Positions 25,990-34,436 of a stretch of 64,000 bases of DNA are shown here, in pieces. The notes beneath the pieces are model-generated. The model ran no database searches, was not told the DNA's origin, and saw nothing but the letters and a program-made list of their open reading frames with translations. The stretch comes from a virus. The position numbers and the translations under genes are program-made. Location of the stretch: positions 1 through 64,000 of the IMG/VR virus record IMGVR_UViG_3300036851_000321; one strand, 5' to 3'. Numbering within the stretch: the first letter of the stretch is position 1; each line of letters begins with the position of its first letter.

Positions 25990-26729
25990 GCCAACTGGTC
26001 CTCTCCCTGTTCCCCGGCGCCGACCTGCTCGGGATGGCCTTTGAGCTCGAGGGCTTCTGCGTGGTCCAAGGTCCCGACGTTCAGTTCGGGCGGGACGTAA
26101 AGGACTTTCATCCGCCGGCGGGAAGGTTCGACGGGGTGATCGGGGGGCCGCCCTGCCAGGCGTTCTCGCAGCTTCGGACCCAGCACCCAGGGCGCGCGCC
26201 GGCGTGGAACGGGATCCCCGAGTTCGAGCGTGTCGTCGCGGAGGCGCGCCCGGACTGGTTCGTCATGGAGAACGTCCGACAGGCGCCGCTACCAGTGGTC
26301 ACCGGCTACGCGACGACCGCCGCACTCTTTCAGAATCGCTGGCTCGGTGAGGAGCAGAGCCGTCTCAGACGCTTCACGCTCGGAGCTCGCGGCGCCAGTA
26401 CCCCCCCCTCGCTCTACTCGGCACTGACGCACGACTTCGTCGTCTTCGAGAACGTCGACAAGGCCGGGTGCTTCACGGCGAACGGTTCACAGTGGGAGCC
26501 CGGCATCGACAACGGCAACCGAAAGGGTCGCTCCCGCTCCGTCCGTACCGACGCCGAATTCCGCCGCGGGTGCCGGCTCCAGGGCTTGCCCGAGACGTTC
26601 CTGGAAGACGCACCGTTCACCGTCGAAGGCAAGATCCGCCTCGTCGGCAACGCTGTGCCTTTGCCCATGGGTCGGGCCGTTGCCCGGGCGGTGAAGCGGT
26701 GTCTTGGCCTGGAAACGGAGGCCGCATGA
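25986..26729 (+). CDS. C5 cytosine DNA methyltransferase
   Basis: LSLFPG, GGPPCQ, MENV, QSRLR, RLQGLP, VGNAVP. Confidence 0.92.
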   Translation: MSQLVLSLFPGADLLGMAFELEGFCVVQGPDVQFGRDVKDFHPPAGRFDGVIGGPPCQAFSQLRTQHPGRAPAWNGIPEFERVVAEARPDWFVMENVRQAPLPVVTGYATTAALFQNRWLGEEQSRLRRFTLGARGASTPPSLYSALTHDFVVFENVDKAGCFTANGSQWEPGIDNGNRKGRSRSVRTDAEFRRGCRLQGLPETFLEDAPFTVEGKIRLVGNAVPLPMGRAVARAVKRCLGLETEAA

Positions 26730-27244
26730 CGCAGCACGCGCTCTTTCTCGACCCGTCGGAGCCGTCGTGCGCGCTCTCTGCGTGCGGACGTTACCGCTAC
26801 ACGCTGCGCATTCCGCTCACCGCCGATCGTCGCGGGGTCTGCCTGTTCGTGATGGCCAATCCGAGCACCGCGATCGTCACGGACGGCGTCTTTGCGTCCG
26901 ACCCGACCGTCACGCGCTGCATGAACTTCGCGCGACGCTGGGGCTGCGGGACGCTCATCGTGGAGAACGTGCGGGCGTGGCGGGAAACGGACCCGGACAA
27001 GGTGCCGCCTGACCCGTTGGCAATCGGACCGGAGAACGACGCGCGGATCCGGCGCTCTGCCAAGGAGGCCGACATCGTGGTTTGCGGTTGGGGAAAGCTC
27101 GGTGGTGAGCGAGGCCGCGCAGTCCTCCGAATGCTCGCCGAAGTGTGCGCGCCGACGGCGCTGAAGCTCAACGGCGATGGGAGCCCTGCGCACCCGCTCT
27201 ACCTCGCGGCTGACCTCAAGCCGTTCCCGATGGGGGCCGCATGA
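26726..27244 (+). CDS. DUF1643-family protein
   Basis: YRYTL, MANPSTA, DPTVTRC, GPEND, GWG, PAHPLY. Confidence 0.88.
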   Translation: MTQHALFLDPSEPSCALSACGRYRYTLRIPLTADRRGVCLFVMANPSTAIVTDGVFASDPTVTRCMNFARRWGCGTLIVENVRAWRETDPDKVPPDPLAIGPENDARIRRSAKEADIVVCGWGKLGGERGRAVLRMLAEVCAPTALKLNGDGSPAHPLYLAADLKPFPMGAA

Positions 27245-27492
27245 GCGCCAAGGTCATCCCGATTTCGGACCGCGTCGCCCGCCTCCTTTCCCCACCCACC
27301 GGTGGCGTCCGCTTCGAAGCCGTCGTGGGCGGCGGCATCTGCTTCACCTGGCGGAACGATGACGGGGAGGTCGACCTCTACTTCGGGATCGATGAGGCGG
27401 CGGGGCTTGCGCGGCAGCTTGCCGACGCAATCGACCTCGCGGCGGAGTTGGTGAGGGCGGAGCGGGAGGAGAGGGGCGGGTGTGAGACGTGA
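27241..27492 (+). CDS. Small hypothetical protein whose 3' end (27433-27492) is a recoded copy of 28699-28752
   Basis: ATGA/GTGA coupling; DLAAELVRAERE matches DLATELLKAERE downstream of tnpB. Confidence 0.75.
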   Translation: MSAKVIPISDRVARLLSPPTGGVRFEAVVGGGICFTWRNDDGEVDLYFGIDEAAGLARQLADAIDLAAELVRAEREERGGCET

Positions 27493-28667
27493 CCAGGAGC
27501 CAGTCCCTGTGCCGCGCCATGCGATTCCGCGTCTACCCGACGGTGCATCAGGAGCGCCGACTTTTGGCATGGGAGTCGGCGCTGCGCTTCGTCTGGAATC
27601 TGGCGAACGAACAAAGGCTGATGGGCCTCGCTGGGCCATGGGGCGAGCGCGTCTTTCCGTCTGAGTTCTCTCAATCGCGCGAGGCGACCGAACTCCGCGC
27701 TGTGCTGCCATGGCTTTCGGACCTTCCGCGCGAGTCGATAACGTTTGTTCTGCGCCGGCTCCACGACGCCTGGCGTCGCTGTTTCTCACGCGTCAGCAAG
27801 CGCCCAGGCTTCAAGGTGAAGAGGCGCGACGTTGTGAGCATCGGGCTCAACCACCGGTACTGCCGCATTGAAGGCCAGACGGTGAAGCTGCCGAAGCTCG
27901 GCCCGTTGCGCATCGTCGCCCACCGCCCGCTGGTTGGGAAGTCGCGCGCGGTCTCTCTCGTTCGCGAAGGCGACCAGTGGTTCGCGGTGTTCGTTCGTGA
28001 GATAGAGGCGCCGAAGCCCGCTCGCCTCCCCGGCGCTGTCGCCCTCGACCGCGGCATCGTCTCCCTGGTCACCGACTCCGACAGCAAGACGATCGAAGGC
28101 CCCCGCTTCGCCGAGCGCTCCGCTCGCAAGCTGAAGCGGGCACAGCGCGCTCTCGCGCGCACCAAGAAAGGTTCTAGCAACCGAGCGAAGGCTCGGGAGC
28201 GACTGGCGCTGGTCCACCGAACGGTGAGGCGCCAGCGGGCATGGCTCCAGCATCAGATCAGTCACGACTACGCCAATAGCCACGGCACGGTCGTCATTGA
28301 GAAGCTGGAGACCGCCCGGATGACCCGAAGCGCCAAGGGTTCCGTCGATGCACCCGGACGGAACGTCAAGGCGAAGGCCGGCTTGAACCGAAGCATTCTC
28401 GACGCCGGATGGTCCGGCCTTGCGGAAAAGCTCCGGTACAAGCTGGAAGAGCGAGGTGGCGAGCTCGTCGAAGTTCCGGCCGCCTACAGCTCGCAAACGT
28501 GCTCCGCGTGTGGCGTCGTTGACGCTGCCTCGCGCCGCACACAATCCGCGTTCTGCTGTGTTGCTTGCGGGCACCAGGAGAACGCGGACACGAACGCTGC
28601 GCGGGTGATTCTCAGCCGGTGGAACCCACCGGTTCAGCCTGTGGAGGCATGCGATGGCGCGGCCTGA
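27489..28667 (+). CDS. tnpB: TnpB RNA-guided endonuclease (IS200/IS605 type), RuvC triad intact
   Basis: FRVYPT, RFVWN, RuvC ALDRG / VIEKL / NADTNAA, zinc ribbon SQTCSACG...CVACG. Confidence 0.95.
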   Translation: MTRSQSLCRAMRFRVYPTVHQERRLLAWESALRFVWNLANEQRLMGLAGPWGERVFPSEFSQSREATELRAVLPWLSDLPRESITFVLRRLHDAWRRCFSRVSKRPGFKVKRRDVVSIGLNHRYCRIEGQTVKLPKLGPLRIVAHRPLVGKSRAVSLVREGDQWFAVFVREIEAPKPARLPGAVALDRGIVSLVTDSDSKTIEGPRFAERSARKLKRAQRALARTKKGSSNRAKARERLALVHRTVRRQRAWLQHQISHDYANSHGTVVIEKLETARMTRSAKGSVDAPGRNVKAKAGLNRSILDAGWSGLAEKLRYKLEERGGELVEVPAAYSSQTCSACGVVDAASRRTQSAFCCVACGHQENADTNAARVILSRWNPPVQPVEACDGAA

Positions 28668-28718
28668 GAAGCAGGAAGCGGAGCGATCTGCGGGTTACGA
28701 CCTGGCAACGGAGCTCTT
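28614..28718 (+). ncRNA. Predicted omegaRNA (scaffold about 28614-28698, guide from 28699); 5' end uncertain
   Basis: Hairpin CCGGTGG/CCACCGG, GCCTGTGGAG...GAAGCAGGAA motif, pseudoknot AACCC(28623)/GGGTT(28692), terminal TTAC. Confidence 0.72.
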
Positions 28719-28752
28719 AAAGGCCGAGCGCGAGGGGGGCGAAGGGAAATGA
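28699..28752 (+). pseudogene. Orphan 3' end of the 27241 gene, at the omegaRNA guide position
   Basis: DLATELLKAEREGGEGK-stop; its TGA overlaps the next ATG (ATGA 28749-28752). Confidence 0.75.
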
Positions 28753-29177
28753 GCGACCTTGTCGTAACCGTTCCGAAGCCGATCTGGCTAGACTGGATCT
28801 ACGAGGGCGATGCCGCGGGCGAGCCGGCCACCGGAGAGGAGTGGGGCTTCTTCCTCGGTGGAGCACGCCCCGCCGCGCTTCCAGGCGACCGACTTTACAT
28901 CGTGGCTCACGGCCTGCTCCGTGGCTACGCACCGATCACGCGTATCGCACGCACGGAGCGCGGCTGGGCAATCTGCCGGAACCACGGCGCCCAAGCGGTA
29001 ACGATTGCGGGCGAGATCCACGGCTTCCGCGGGTGGCGAAAGCGCTGGTGGGACCGGGCGCAAGAGATCCCCTTCCCCGATTGGAAGATCGCGGGGGTGA
29101 AACCGCAATCGCGCGAGGACCAGTACACGCTCGACCGGCTATTTCGAGAGGCCGTTTCGTTGCCGGGGGCGGAATAG
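28749..29177 (+). CDS. Phage protein, possibly PUA/ASCH-like
   Basis: Trp-rich; PGDRLYIVAHGLLRGYAP...GFRGWR. Confidence 0.6.
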   Translation: MSDLVVTVPKPIWLDWIYEGDAAGEPATGEEWGFFLGGARPAALPGDRLYIVAHGLLRGYAPITRIARTERGWAICRNHGAQAVTIAGEIHGFRGWRKRWWDRAQEIPFPDWKIAGVKPQSREDQYTLDRLFREAVSLPGAE

Positions 29178-29584
29178 TGAGCGCCCCCATCCGCTTCCAG
29201 CTCTCCCGTCGCAAGGGCTACCGCAAGCCAGAGGGTGGCGTCGTGTGTACGCGTGCGAGCCGATGGGGCAACCCGCACAAGGTAGCGGACGTGTTTCTCG
29301 AGATGCTTCGCGCGATTCCAGAGAGCGAGCGACCGAAGTATCGAAGCATTGACCACGGGAATCTGCTTCTTGAGGCCACGCGCGCCGCGATCAATCGATT
29401 CAGCGCCGACCTCTACGCCGGCAAACTCCGGGTGACCGTTGATGACGTGAGGCGTGAATTACGGGGAAAGTCGCTCGGCTGTTTTTGCGCGCTCCCGGCC
29501 GAGGGACAGTTGGACTTGTGCCACGCGGCGATCCTACTTGAAATCAGCAACCAGGAGGACGACGGCGGTGCCGAAGAAGCTTGA
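29177..29584 (+). CDS. DUF4326-family protein
   Basis: RFQLSRRKG, RASRWGNP, LRGKSLGCFC, CHAAILL. Confidence 0.85.
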   Translation: MSAPIRFQLSRRKGYRKPEGGVVCTRASRWGNPHKVADVFLEMLRAIPESERPKYRSIDHGNLLLEATRAAINRFSADLYAGKLRVTVDDVRRELRGKSLGCFCALPAEGQLDLCHAAILLEISNQEDDGGAEEA

Positions 29585-30194
29585 GCTATCTGGCATGTCA
29601 TTCGGCAGGCTCTCTGTCATCTCTGAATCTGGCCGTGACAAGCACGGAGCCACGCTGTGGGCTTGTCGCTGCGCTTGTGGTGCCACGTCCGTTGTGCGTG
29701 GCGCAACCCTGGCAAGCGGTCGCGCTCGGTCTTGCGGGTGTGGTGTTCTGGAAGCAGCCCGGCTTCCAAAGAAGCATGGCGCAACCAAGTCAGCGCTCTA
29801 CCGCCGTTGGCAAGCAATGAAGGCCAGGTGCGGCAACGAAAAAGGCTCCGAGTTCCACAACTACGGCGGACGTGGGATAACTGTGTGTCCGCGCTGGCTG
29901 CATTCGTTCGAGAACTTTGCTGCCGACATGGTGGCTGAGTTCTCAGAAGACCTGGAACTCGATCGCGTCGACGTGAACGGCAACTACGAGCCGGGCAACT
30001 GTCGCTGGGCGACCCGCAAAGTTCAACAGCGAAACAAGCGCGACAACCACTTCGTCACAATTGGAGCCAAGACCCAGACCGTTCAGGATTGGGCTGAACA
30101 ACTAGGGATCAAGCCCAATACCATTGTGACCAGGTTGCGCCGCGGGTGGGACGTTGCTGATGCATTGAAGGTCGCGAACGGAGGCGAGCCATGA
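29568..30194 (+). CDS. Second HNH-type homing endonuclease-like protein
   Basis: FGRLSV, CACG, SCGC, YGGRGITVC, LDRVDVNGNYEPGNCRWAT. Confidence 0.82.
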   Translation: MPKKLELSGMSFGRLSVISESGRDKHGATLWACRCACGATSVVRGATLASGRARSCGCGVLEAARLPKKHGATKSALYRRWQAMKARCGNEKGSEFHNYGGRGITVCPRWLHSFENFAADMVAEFSEDLELDRVDVNGNYEPGNCRWATRKVQQRNKRDNHFVTIGAKTQTVQDWAEQLGIKPNTIVTRLRRGWDVADALKVANGGEP

Positions 30195-30340
30195 CCACCC
30201 TGACCCGCCTCCGCATCGCCCCCTACTTCCTCGCCGGCCACACCTTCCGCGGTTGCGCCCGAAAGTACCGGTGCACCGTCAGGCAGGCCGAGGAAGCTGT
30301 CCGCGTTACGTCGCGGGAGATGCGCGGGAGGAAGCGGTGA
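30191..30340 (+). CDS. 49-aa HTH micro-protein resembling the DUF433 helical half
   Basis: MTTLTRLRIAPYFLAGHTFRGCARKYRCTVRQAEEAVR...; coupled at both ends. Confidence 0.5.
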   Translation: MTTLTRLRIAPYFLAGHTFRGCARKYRCTVRQAEEAVRVTSREMRGRKR

Positions 30341-30651
30341 GCGAAACCGAGATCTCCCTCAACATCCGCCGAGCCCTGAAGCTGGCCGGCTTCTGGTGCG
30401 AGCGTGTGAACAGCGGGAAGGTGCCGACGCGGGGCGGGTTCTTCCAAGGGGCAAGCAAGGGCACGCCCGACACCGTCGTCGTCTCCCCGGTGTACGGCTG
30501 GCTCGAGACCAAAACGCCCGAGGGGAAGCTCAGCGACGGGCAGCGCAAGTGGCACGCGAAGGCAAAAGCCCGTTGCGTTCGCATCGCCGTCGTCATGAGC
30601 GCGTCAGAGGCGATCGCGGTGGTTAGGGGATGGCGGAGGGAGGCCACATGA
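30337..30651 (+). CDS. VRR-NUC domain nuclease
   Basis: SETEI, GTPD, WLETK, LSDGQ..W. Confidence 0.8.
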   Translation: MSETEISLNIRRALKLAGFWCERVNSGKVPTRGGFFQGASKGTPDTVVVSPVYGWLETKTPEGKLSDGQRKWHAKAKARCVRIAVVMSASEAIAVVRGWRREAT

Positions 30652-30860
30652 GTGAGCTTCGTCGCAGCGTCGGCGCACTCGTGCTCTTCCACGGGGCGAC
30701 GATCGAGCGCGCGCTCAGGTTCTCCGCTTCACAGATGGAGCTTGCCGAGCGCTCGGAGGCAACTGATCCGGAGCTCCGTGACGCAGCGGGGGAACAGCTA
30801 GCCAAGATCGACGCTGCACTCGAGGCGTTCCTGGCGCTCGGGAAGGAGCTGCAGAAGTGA
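30648..30860 (+). CDS. Small hypothetical protein
   Basis: GGAGG RBS; coupled. Confidence 0.5.
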   Translation: MSELRRSVGALVLFHGATIERALRFSASQMELAERSEATDPELRDAAGEQLAKIDAALEAFLALGKELQK

Positions 30861-31654
30861 TGGCTGAGGGTAGCTTGCGGGCGGTGGTGGAGGGGGAGGC
30901 AACGTGGGCGATCGTGCATGGGGATTGTCGCGAAGTGCTCGCCACGCTCCCGGATCGCTCCGTCGACCACGTGATTACGGATCCGCCGTACGACGAGCAC
31001 ACCCAGGCAAACATCTCGTCCGGTACCGCGTTCAAGCGGCAGCTCGACGGGTTCACGTCAGGCTCCGGGATCCCACGCGTCGACCTTGGGTTTGCCCCGC
31101 TTGAATCGTGCGACTTCGCCCGGGACCTCGTCCGCGTTTCTCGCCGCTGGACCATCTGCTTTTCCAGCATCGAGAACATCGGCGCCTACCGCGACGCCGT
31201 TGGCTCCGAGCACTGGGTGCGCGGTGGAGTTTGGTACAAGCCGAACTCGATGGGTCAGCTCACGGCGGACAGGCCGGCGAGCGCATGTGAGTTCCTGGCC
31301 ATCATGCACGCCGCGGGTGAGAAGCGGTGGAACGGGAAGGGCTCATATGCGCACTGGGTGTTCAACGGGACCCGCGGAGAACTCGAGCGTCACCCCTGCC
31401 AAAAGCCGCTCGATCTGATGCTGCGCCTCGTCGAGCAGTTCACCGATCCGGGTGACGTGATCCTGGACGCGTTTTGCGGGTCCGCCGCAACCGGGATCGC
31501 CGCGCTCAGGCTCGGGCGTCGGTTCATCGGCATCGAGTGTGATCCGCCATGGGTCGAGCTCGCGCGTGACAGGTTGATCGCGGAGACCGAGAACTCAACG
31601 GTTGCGGCACGAAGAGCAGGGCAGGTCGCGCTCTTCTCGGAGGTCCCCCAGTGA
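30857..31654 (+). CDS. N6-adenine/N4-cytosine DNA methyltransferase (beta class)
   Basis: GDC, ITDPPY, HPCQKP, ILDAFCGS. Confidence 0.92.
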   Translation: MMAEGSLRAVVEGEATWAIVHGDCREVLATLPDRSVDHVITDPPYDEHTQANISSGTAFKRQLDGFTSGSGIPRVDLGFAPLESCDFARDLVRVSRRWTICFSSIENIGAYRDAVGSEHWVRGGVWYKPNSMGQLTADRPASACEFLAIMHAAGEKRWNGKGSYAHWVFNGTRGELERHPCQKPLDLMLRLVEQFTDPGDVILDAFCGSAATGIAALRLGRRFIGIECDPPWVELARDRLIAETENSTVAARRAGQVALFSEVPQ

Positions 31655-32718
31655 GCGCGCAACTCCTCGCCCCGTACCCCTACTTCGGAGGCAAGCGCGA
31701 CGTCGCGCCCATGATCTGGTCTCGCCTCGGACGCCCGAAGCACTACATCGAACCGTTCTGCGGGTCCGCTGCCGTTCTTCTTGCGGCACCCGAGCCCGCT
31801 TCGCTTGAGGTCATCGGCGACATGAACGGCTTCATCGCGAATTTCTGGCGCTCGGTTGTTCACCAGGCCGCCGAGGTCGCGAAGTGGGCTGACTACCCGG
31901 TCTCGCATGTGGACCTCGGTGCGCGTCACGGGTGGCTGATGGAGCAGCGTGGCGCCATCGAAGCGGGCCTACAAGATCCGAACTGGCCGGGTGACGCGAA
32001 GGTCGCCGGTTGGTGGCTCTGGGGTCAATGCTGCTGGATTGGCTCTGGGTGGTGTGATTGGGACAAGGGCGAGCGGCGCTCGAAGTGGGACCAGCGACCG
32101 CACATCACGACTCCAGGCATGGGAGTTCAAGCGAGTCAGCGACGCCGGGAGGGGGATTCAGGCGACCGGGCAGGTGCCGACGTCACCTCCGCCGGGATGG
32201 GCATTCAAGCCGCCGGCAAGGTGCCACACGTCAGCGACGCCGGGAGGGGGATTCAGGCGACCGGGCAGGTGCCGCACGTCGGCAACGCCGATCCTAGCTT
32301 CTGGACCTCCTCCGGAGCCGTCGCACATCGCTGGCTCGGAATCTTGGCGACTCGCCTCGAGCGCGTCCGCGTTGTGCACGGCGAGTGGTCACGGTGCCTC
32401 AACAACCATTACGGCGCTGAGCGGACCGCAATCTACTTCGACCCGCCGTACGAGAGCTTCGAAGGCATCTACGGCGTCAAGAACAGCGTCGCCCAAGACG
32501 TCGCCGATTGGTGCCGAGAGCACGCCGATCTCGCGATTGCGCTGTCCGGCCACGTTGGCGACTACGACCTTCCTGGATGGGACGCTGTCCAATGGGAGCG
32601 CTCCGGTAACACCTACTCGGGCAGCGGCACGAAGGACCAGGAGATGATTTGGTTTGCTCCCGCGTGTCTGCCAGCGACGCCGCCAGCTCAGCGGTCGCTT
32701 TTCCAGGAGGTCTCCTGA
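31651..32718 (+). CDS. Dam-like (D12 class) DNA adenine methyltransferase with internal 16-aa repeats
   Basis: PYFGGK, YIEPFCGSAAV, YFDPPY. Confidence 0.88.
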   Translation: MSAQLLAPYPYFGGKRDVAPMIWSRLGRPKHYIEPFCGSAAVLLAAPEPASLEVIGDMNGFIANFWRSVVHQAAEVAKWADYPVSHVDLGARHGWLMEQRGAIEAGLQDPNWPGDAKVAGWWLWGQCCWIGSGWCDWDKGERRSKWDQRPHITTPGMGVQASQRRREGDSGDRAGADVTSAGMGIQAAGKVPHVSDAGRGIQATGQVPHVGNADPSFWTSSGAVAHRWLGILATRLERVRVVHGEWSRCLNNHYGAERTAIYFDPPYESFEGIYGVKNSVAQDVADWCREHADLAIALSGHVGDYDLPGWDAVQWERSGNTYSGSGTKDQEMIWFAPACLPATPPAQRSLFQEVS

Positions 32719-32994
32719 TGCCCGCCAAGCGCCAGGGGTGGAGGGGTGGGGTTGCCAGCGCGGGCGGAGGTGTGCTCAATGGAGGATGTCCGGGCGAGAG
32801 CCTGGTCCGTCGGCTCGGGCTCGCTGTAGTAGGCAACGCTCGAGCCGACGTTTTTTGTCGCAATCTTCCTTGTGATCGCTCACCCGAGCGGGTTACATTA
32901 CGACGTTCCCGGACCTACTACCGGGAGACATCGTCCCCACTTAGTGGGCGAGTGCTGCTTCGCGATGGCGGGGCGGGAAGGCGGGAGTGTGTCC

Positions 32995-33459
32995 ATGGAC
33001 GGTGACGGTCGCAAGCCCATCACGATGCGCGAAGTGTGCCGCGGGTGCTCGTGCCCCGATGGCTACATCACCGAGACTGGCGCGCAAGACGTGGTCCGTT
33101 GCGTGGATTGCGATCGGTTTTGCTACAACGCGCCGCGCACGGAGACGGGTAAGAAAGTCCGCAGCGTCCAGACTGTGCACGAGGCGATCAAACCCAAGCT
33201 TCGGGCACGAGTGATCACTAGTGCCAATGGGCGCTGCCAGCTCTGCGGCAAGGGGCCTGACTCCGGCGCCACGATGCACGTGGCTCATATGGTGAGCGTA
33301 AAACAAGGCCTAGAGAGCGGCATGACGGACGCCGAAATGAATTCGGAAGCGAATCTCATTTGCGCCTGTGACGAGTGCAACCTGGGGATCGGTGAGGACA
33401 CGATCCCGCTGCGTCTCGCGCTGGCGATGATCATGGCGAAGACGAGGGTGAAGCCTTGA
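32995..33459 (+). CDS. HNH endonuclease-like protein with N-terminal zinc ribbon
   Basis: CRGC..CVDC; CQLCG...HVAH...NLICACDECN. Confidence 0.75.
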   Translation: MDGDGRKPITMREVCRGCSCPDGYITETGAQDVVRCVDCDRFCYNAPRTETGKKVRSVQTVHEAIKPKLRARVITSANGRCQLCGKGPDSGATMHVAHMVSVKQGLESGMTDAEMNSEANLICACDECNLGIGEDTIPLRLALAMIMAKTRVKP

Positions 33460-34436
33460 TCATTGTGAAGGAAGAGTTCCTAAGTAGCGTCAAGACGAAG
33501 CTCGCGGTGCGCCTCGGCGGCTGGCAGGCGATCGCTGTGTGGCTCGCGCTCAAGGGCTACGTCTCACAGAGCAACTCGGGCGGCTTTATCCCCGACGACG
33601 TGATCGACGATCTGCCCGGCATACCGGAGGCGTGGGGCCGCGCAATGAACGGACTACTTGGCTGCGGCAAGATGCGCGACGACGGCACGCGGGGCCCCGG
33701 GCTCGTGCTGAAGGTTGAGCACGGGTACCGACTGCATGACCACGACGACCACGGCACGGCGGTCGAGGTTGAGGAGTTCCGGCGGCGCAAGGCGAGGGAG
33801 CAGAAGCGGCGACGGCGCGAGGAGCTGAAACGCTTACTCGAAGCCGGACAGTCCTGCGGACAACAACCGGACACGGCAACGGACGGTCCGTCGGACACAG
33901 CAACGGACGGAGACGGACAGTCCGAACCGGACAGTCATGCGGACAGCCCCCGCGCGCGAGCGGGCACACGCCCGCGCGAGCACGCCCACGCGCGCGCTCC
34001 CAGCCCAACCCAGCCCCCTCCGGAGGAAGAAAATCCCCCTACCCCCAAGCCGAGGGACCGGATGCTCGAGAGCCTAACCGGGAACGCGCCGAAGCAACGG
34101 GCGGACGTTCTGGCCCTCTTCGAAGCCTGGAAAGCGACATTCGGTTTCACCGACGCGAAGCTTGGCGTCGGTATCTGGAACAGCGACGCCGAAACCCTGG
34201 CTGAGTGTATCGATGCGCACGGGGCGGAGGCGTGCGACCTGGTTCTGAAGCACGCGATGGGAGACGGCATGGTGAACGGGCGAGACGACGACAAGCGTCA
34301 GGCGCACGACTCGATCGCGTACATCTTCGGAAACCAAAACGCGTTCAACCGGATACTTCGCGTGGCACGCAAGGCGGCAATATCTGGTGCGCTCACTCCC
34401 GCCGAAAAGATCCGCCTCGCCGGAGAACTTCGATGA
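33456..34436 (+). CDS. Phage replication initiator-like protein
   Basis: N-terminal AIAVWL...GFIP..GYRLHD, basic helix, repetitive linker carrying iterons, position before helicase. Confidence 0.65.
   Translation: MIIVKEEFLSSVKTKLAVRLGGWQAIAVWLALKGYVSQSNSGGFIPDDVIDDLPGIPEAWGRAMNGLLGCGKMRDDGTRGPGLVLKVEHGYRLHDHDDHGTAVEVEEFRRRKAREQKRRRREELKRLLEAGQSCGQQPDTATDGPSDTATDGDGQSEPDSHADSPRARAGTRPREHAHARAPSPTQPPPEEENPPTPKPRDRMLESLTGNAPKQRADVLALFEAWKATFGFTDAKLGVGIWNSDAETLAECIDAHGAEACDLVLKHAMGDGMVNGRDDDKRQAHDSIAYIFGNQNAFNRILRVARKAAISGALTPAEKIRLAGELR
33845..33945 (+). repeat. Iteron array, probable replication origin
   Basis: CGGAC at 33845, 33857, 33868, 33880, 33892, 33904, 33914, 33928, 33940. Confidence 0.7.

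Noticed and set aside
27489-28667. Nuclease-dead TldR-type repressor, or Cas12f
   Set aside because: All three RuvC acidic residues are present and there is no CRISPR array; repression through partial pairing is not excluded but unsupported
27433-28752. Ordinary target-site duplication around tnpB
   Set aside because: IS200/IS605 elements make no TSD, and the copies are conserved at protein rather than DNA level
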